Assembly (NCBI GenBank): GCA_022813865.1
Contig: JALDZX010000051.1
Location: forward strand, 1-64,000
Length of the DNA stretch: 64,000 nucleotides
Direction of reading: 5' to 3'
Source of the DNA: Xylographa opegraphella
Taxonomy: Eukaryota
Part shown: positions 59,036-64,000 of the stretch, piece by piece
Layout of the letters: every line of letters begins with the position of its first letter
Numbering within the stretch: position 1 is the first letter of the stretch
Position numbers and translations under genes: made by a program
The notes under the pieces: generated by a model
The model's database searches: none
What the model was told of the DNA's origin: nothing
What the model saw: only the letters and a program-made list of their open reading frames with translations

Positions 59036-60778
59036 TCAACCACGTTTCGCTCGTTTCTGAAGCGGGCCCTCCTCCTCGTCCTCATCTTCACTCAGTTCAG
59101 CATATATGGTCTTCGGCTGTGTATGCTTCCACGCATTAGTGAACATGGGATCTTTTTCCGCCTTCTCCGCATATTTGAGCAGAGCCTCCCGTGGATCTTC
59201 GTCGCGCATCGAACTCAAAGGGATATTGTTTTTGATATGCAGCTCGTCAGGCTGACTTTTGGCAAACGGTGTGGTCATTGGGATGTGAGGTCTGCGAGGA
59301 TCGCGAGATTTGCCAGAGGCGGTCAGTCCGACATTCGGATGCCGGGCAGCATGGCTGGTGGATTCCTGGTCAGTACCCAAGAGTCCGTTGGGGTTGATGA
59401 TGCTATCTCCAGATATGCCCTGAGATAAGTCAGTAGTGAGTGTTGGGTCGTCATCAATGTGGCGTCGCTTGGGCGCCTTCGACATCACCATTGCCGCCCC
59501 ACGGTTTGAGGTTGCAGGATTGTAAAGAACATGCGTCTCTGCATTGGCTGAACCGGTGATGATTTGATTCAGCTTTTCATGCCAAAGGACTGTGATAAGA
59601 GGGGATCCAGGAGTAACGGACGTGATAAGCTCGGGTTTCAAAGTAGCAGGATTTAATATGTGTAGATTCCCCGATTGTGACCCAGTAAGAATCGATGAAG
59701 AGTTGGGTGAGAACTTGATATTAGAAGAGGTGTATTGGCTGGATGTCGATTCATGCTCCACGATGCTGACGGCCTGTTTGAATTTTCGGGTATCCCATAG
59801 CTTAATGGTGTCATCACCGCCTCTGGTCACGACGGTTCTCCCATCAGCACTGATATCTATTCCACTAGTCCAAGTATCTTTCTTATGTGCATCGCGTATT
59901 TCCGCGGCAGGCCGTGTGTAAGGCCCTTCGCCCCCCCACATCACAATACTGCCGTCGAGTGCTGCTGCGATGAGCATGTTAGGACCACCTTGTACGGAGG
60001 ATCCCCAGACAACAGCAGTCATTCTGGTCCTTCCAGCCGAGCCCGCCACTCTGGATTTGTGCACGATCACATCCTTCTGGGCACGCCTCATATTGACATC
60101 CCATATCCGAAGTGTGCTATCGGTGCCAGCCGTGATACATAGATTTTTGTCTGTCGGATGCCAGCAGCCTGTAGTTATCTCGGAAATATGACCTTTGGTA
60201 TTATGCATATCGCGAAGATACATATCGCCTTTATTAAACTCCACGAGCTGTTCGCCATCCCTGCTGAAGATCTTTGCTCTGGGTGTAGCACATATTACCA
60301 TCACTTGGCTTGGTGAGAGAGGATTGAATTCAACATGATAGACAGGATGTGTTTCAGAGCTAGCAGAAGTCTTTGACGCTGTAGGGTCCACGGATTTGAA
60401 TGCACGCAAGGTATTGGGTGTCATAGAAGCAAAGTCATGAAGCTTGATGGTACAGTCTGTAGAACCCGTAATCAAACGTGATCCGGACGGATCGACTGTC
60501 AGAGTAGTGACTGCTCTCTCTTGCGTTTTGAGAATCAGCTCATGGGAGGCAGGAAATTCATCCTCGGAATCAGAGTCCTCGTCGGAGTCCTCTTCATCAT
60601 TACTCCCACTATGTCCAGCACTTGCGTCCGGCTGCTCTAGCAGACTCGTACTTTCGATTCTCTTAGTTCTCTGTATTTGGGCGGCAACGTTTGCTTCCAG
60701 GGCATGCTTGCCAAACCCACCAGGTAAGTATCGCTTCAGTGCTTCCTCCTCATCGACTAAAACATCCTGGCCATCCAT
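59036..60778 (-). CDS. WDR70: WD40-repeat protein WDR70
   Basis: KGDMYLRDMHNTKGHISEIT, TRGGDDTIKLWD, WHEKLNQI and EDPREALLKYAE...DPMF. Confidence 0.9.
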   Translation of the reverse strand: MDGQDVLVDEEEALKRYLPGGFGKHALEANVAAQIQRTKRIESTSLLEQPDASAGHSGSNDEEDSDEDSDSEDEFPASHELILKTQERAVTTLTVDPSGSRLITGSTDCTIKLHDFASMTPNTLRAFKSVDPTASKTSASSETHPVYHVEFNPLSPSQVMVICATPRAKIFSRDGEQLVEFNKGDMYLRDMHNTKGHISEITTGCWHPTDKNLCITAGTDSTLRIWDVNMRRAQKDVIVHKSRVAGSAGRTRMTAVVWGSSVQGGPNMLIAAALDGSIVMWGGEGPYTRPAAEIRDAHKKDTWTSGIDISADGRTVVTRGGDDTIKLWDTRKFKQAVSIVEHESTSSQYTSSNIKFSPNSSSILTGSQSGNLHILNPATLKPELITSVTPGSPLITVLWHEKLNQIITGSANAETHVLYNPATSNRGAAMVMSKAPKRRHIDDDPTLTTDLSQGISGDSIINPNGLLGTDQESTSHAARHPNVGLTASGKSRDPRRPHIPMTTPFAKSQPDELHIKNNIPLSSMRDEDPREALLKYAEKAEKDPMFTNAWKHTQPKTIYAELSEDEDEEEGPLQKRAKRG

Positions 60779-61236
60779 ATCTCAGAGTCAGGATTCCAAG
60801 TCGGTACCAGAAACAAGTGGCTCTCAATTATCTATCAAGCGTGCTTCCTCTCATTCGCGGCTAGAGAGTATGTGAGTCACATATACCAAGAATAGTAGGA
60901 GTAAAGTTGTAATAAAGTTGTCAGAAAGTTACGTTTTGTGAAGAGACTACGAAGATGTGCAACCATAGACTTAGTTTCAATACAATAGCCATTACCTTCG
61001 GACTACTCTACGATTCTGAACCTATATCACAAGAAGTTCACAATATAGAGTTGCTATTTACAATTGATTGAATATGGTATATGGTAACCCTGGGATCAAG
61101 CCCACCAATGGTATTGCAGCCCCTAACACCTTCTGATGCTCGTAGCTCTGTATCGTTAGATCTGCTTCCCTCTATCTACTCAGATCGTCGACCTTCTGCG
61201 AGCTGCCAAATTTCCTCCCTTCCTGCTCCGGTGTTC

Positions 61237-61583
61237 TCAATGATGCCCTTCTCCATGTCCTGTTTCGGCATGACCATGATGATCGTTTTTCATGAATACA
61301 GCTTCATATCCCAAATATACAGCAAATGCCACTGTTGCAATACCAAGGCCTGGGAAAGAGCCTTTGAAGCGATTCCATCTAGTGAAGGGGCCCGTATATC
61401 GCCATGCCTCACTGTGGTAGACTCCAATCAGCATGACTTTCTCGAGACAGTGGCAACGTTCGTGGGAATGTCTTCGATCGGAATTGCTTACGCTCTAGCC
61501 CAGGGATCCTTCACTGGAGAGTTGGCGGCTGCAGCAAATCTACGGGTATCAAAGCCAGTCGGGTTTCCTCGGGAATGAGGCAT
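61237..61583 (-). CDS. NDUFB3: NADH:ubiquinone oxidoreductase B12/NDUFB3 subunit; intron 61491-61412
   Basis: Spliced KDPWARAEAWRYTGPFTRWNRFKGSFPGLGIATVAFAVYLGYE with a His-rich tail. Confidence 0.92.
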
Positions 61584-62025
61584 CGTGATGCTAGGATGGC
61601 CACTTCAGGAGCATCGATTAGTTAAAGCAACACGTGCTATATATCACGTACTCGAGCTTACCAAATGACTTGGCAATCCAGTCCACGACGTCCAACAGAG
61701 GTCCAAAGCAAGCTGTCTCCTGTGGAGTGGAGCGGCGCTCGGCCAAACTTTGAGTCGAGGTTCGGCGGCAGATCGACGGCCCTTAGACGATCTTGGCGGC
61801 GCAAAGCTTGGCACTGCGGCTCCCAATCCGTGAGCTTCAACCACTAGGAAGCTGCTTGAATTCATCTACTTGCGACTGGTTTGATCCGTTCTATTCTGCT
61901 CATTCTGAAGCCAACCTGTCGAGTGGCATACTCAAGATTCCGAAGAAACCACCGAGTCCGTCACCGATGATCCTACGAACTCACCTAGCTCTCCCCATCC
62001 TAGGTAGTAAACCTCTCCCATAATC

Positions 62026-63578
62026 ATGCCACCCGCAGGAGGAAGATTCGGACCTCAGGTGCCGTCTGGACCTTTTCCACACCTCTCGAACAGTCATCTG
62101 CAACATCACGGTAACCAGCATCAGCCTCCAGGCTCTGCTGGTCTCCCTCCGCCCTCCTTCAACACACACCCAGGCTTCTCCCACAACACTCCGAACTTGG
62201 GGTTGAATCCCTTTGCTCCAACAAACGGCACAAATGGACTAGCTAACGCTTTTGGTGGAGGCGGTGGCCTCGGTGGGGGTGGGACCGGGCTCGCAAGTCA
62301 TGCAGCTGTGATGGGATTCGCACATGGCGCCGCAATACAACAACAGCAACAGGCTCGGGAGGCCTTGAGGAGAAGTAGTGGGACTGGCAAGGCGCAGAAC
62401 AAAAGCAGGATACGGGATGTCTGGCAGAGCAACTTGGCACAGGAGATGCAGACCATCCGGGAATTAGTCGACAGATATCCGTACATCAGCATGGTAGATT
62501 TCTCAGAGGTCATTCTTGATGAACTCATGTTAACGGAAGCTGATAGGACACCGAGTTTCCTGGCGTTGTTGCTCGACCAATGGGAAAGTTCACTACAAAA
62601 CAGGATTATCATTACCAGACCTTACGCTGCAACGTGGACCTCCTCCAGGTAATACAGCTTGGTATCACATTATTCTCGAAGGATGGAGAGACCCCGCCGG
62701 CACATGGAGAAAATGGCCTAACGGGAACCCCTTATCAGAATAGCTTGATGCCTTGTCCGTGTACTTGGCAATTCAATTTCAAGTTTTCTGTTCACAATGA
62801 CATGCACAACCAAGAGTCGATAGATTTCCTTGCTAGTGTGGGCATGAACATGGAGATGCACGAAAACAACGGCATCGATGCTCACGAATTTGGTGCAATG
62901 TTGATAAGTTCTGGATTGGTGCTTATTGACGATGTTAAGTGGATATCGTTCCATTCCGGGTACGACTTTGGGTATCTGGTGAAGATAATGCTCTGCAATC
63001 CACTGCCAGAGGAAGAAGGGGAGTACCGAAAGCTTCTCAGCATATTCTTTCCCGCCATTTATGATATCAAGTTCATGATCAGAAGTGCGCAGAAGACCCA
63101 GATGGTGAATGACACAGCATTAACCGCCGTTGCCGCGAACATCCTCAATACACTGGGTACAAAGGGGGGCCTCCAGGATTTGGCAGACGAACTAGGGATC
63201 AAGAGAATCGGGACTGCTCACCAAGCAGGATCCGATAGTCTTATCACGGGGAAAGTCTTCTGGGACGTCAAGAAAAATATTTTCAACGGCACTATCGACG
63301 ACGGCAAATACCTTGGACAAGTCTGGGGTCTGCACGAGCTGAACGAGTCACAGGCCGGGTCCAGCCAGGCCAGATTCGACTCCCAAACGACACCGAATCT
63401 GAACGGCGCCACAATATACTCCACGAATGGTACGCCAAGCACACCGGGCACAGCTCATACTGGTCTGGCACAAACGCCAAACCAGCAATCGAATCTCGCA
63501 AATGGCAGCACGACAGGATCTTTGACCCCGGGAGGCGGAGTTGGAGCATTTGGAAGATTTGGGTTTGGAAAAGGGTAA
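62026..63578 (+). CDS. CAF1: CCR4-NOT deadenylase subunit Caf1/Pop2; intron 62494-62546
   Basis: IRDVW..NL, YISM|DTEFPG, YQTLRCNVDLL..IQLG, TWQFNF, WISFHSGYDFGY and AHQAGSDSL. Confidence 0.95.
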
Positions 63579-64000
63579 AGGGAGCTCGGGGTCGACGATG
63601 TTTGTTCATATCAGTGTATCAATAAGGACCGGTTAAAGGCGCGCGAAGATATGTCTGTTGTTCTGCTGCATTTTGAGCGGGATGGTACATTTCATACCTT
63701 AGGAACTCTACACATCTTGTTCTTTACGAACCAGCATCTGACTTCTTCACGTGCAGCATTTGGGCCAATGCCAAGCCGTGCCACGGAATACCAGGCATGC
63801 CAATTGGACCTGTGGCCCCTGTCCATTTACCAAGCTCGGTTCGTGTCTTTTGGCTGTAGCAGTGGAGACTAAGATCAATCCGTTCCACCCACACTTGTGG
63901 CGTCGTCGTTTCACAATCATAATTGTGCTGCGAGTTTGACGAGAACGGGCCGCCTAACCCGATACAGCTAAATGATCCCGCGCATACTCTATCAACTTCT

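Noticed and set aside
7014..63578. Argonaute, DCP1 and CAF1 as an RNA-decay gene cluster
   Set aside because: They are widely separated among unrelated housekeeping genes; most likely coincidence.

Overview
This is eukaryotic, intron-containing DNA from a filamentous ascomycete (Pezizomycotina; a lichen-forming or other stress-adapted lineage is plausible but cannot be shown from sequence alone). Bases 1-4.6 kb are an accessory patchwork: a truncated NACHT/NLR fragment, a spliced relic of a DUF3435 (Starship 'captain'-type) tyrosine recombinase that keeps its catalytic C-terminal motifs, orphan ORFs, an unexplained six-unit array of ~73-bp palindrome-rich repeats, and a small secreted Thr-rich gene. 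Bases 4.7-31 kb are mostly core genes: cyclin H, an Argonaute, an OCRL-like 5-phosphatase, DCP1, an LDAH-like hydrolase, GRS1, a LaeA-like methyltransferase, a sugar transporter next to a DUF2264 gene, RPT2 and UBC1. Bases 38-48.7 kb hold a mycosporine (UV sunscreen) cluster of O-methyltransferase, DDG synthase and ATP-grasp ligase. Next to it lie a Gfo/Idh/MocA oxidoreductase, a spliced 31-aa CxxC/CxxC microprotein gene and an extra SAM methyltransferase. The remainder has a MARVEL-like protein, a GPI cell-wall protein, a NIPA Mg2+ transporter, a chimeric Zn2Cys6/MFS pseudogene, WDR70, NDUFB3 and CAF1/POP2. Gene models were spliced by eye and family calls come from recalled motifs, not database searches.
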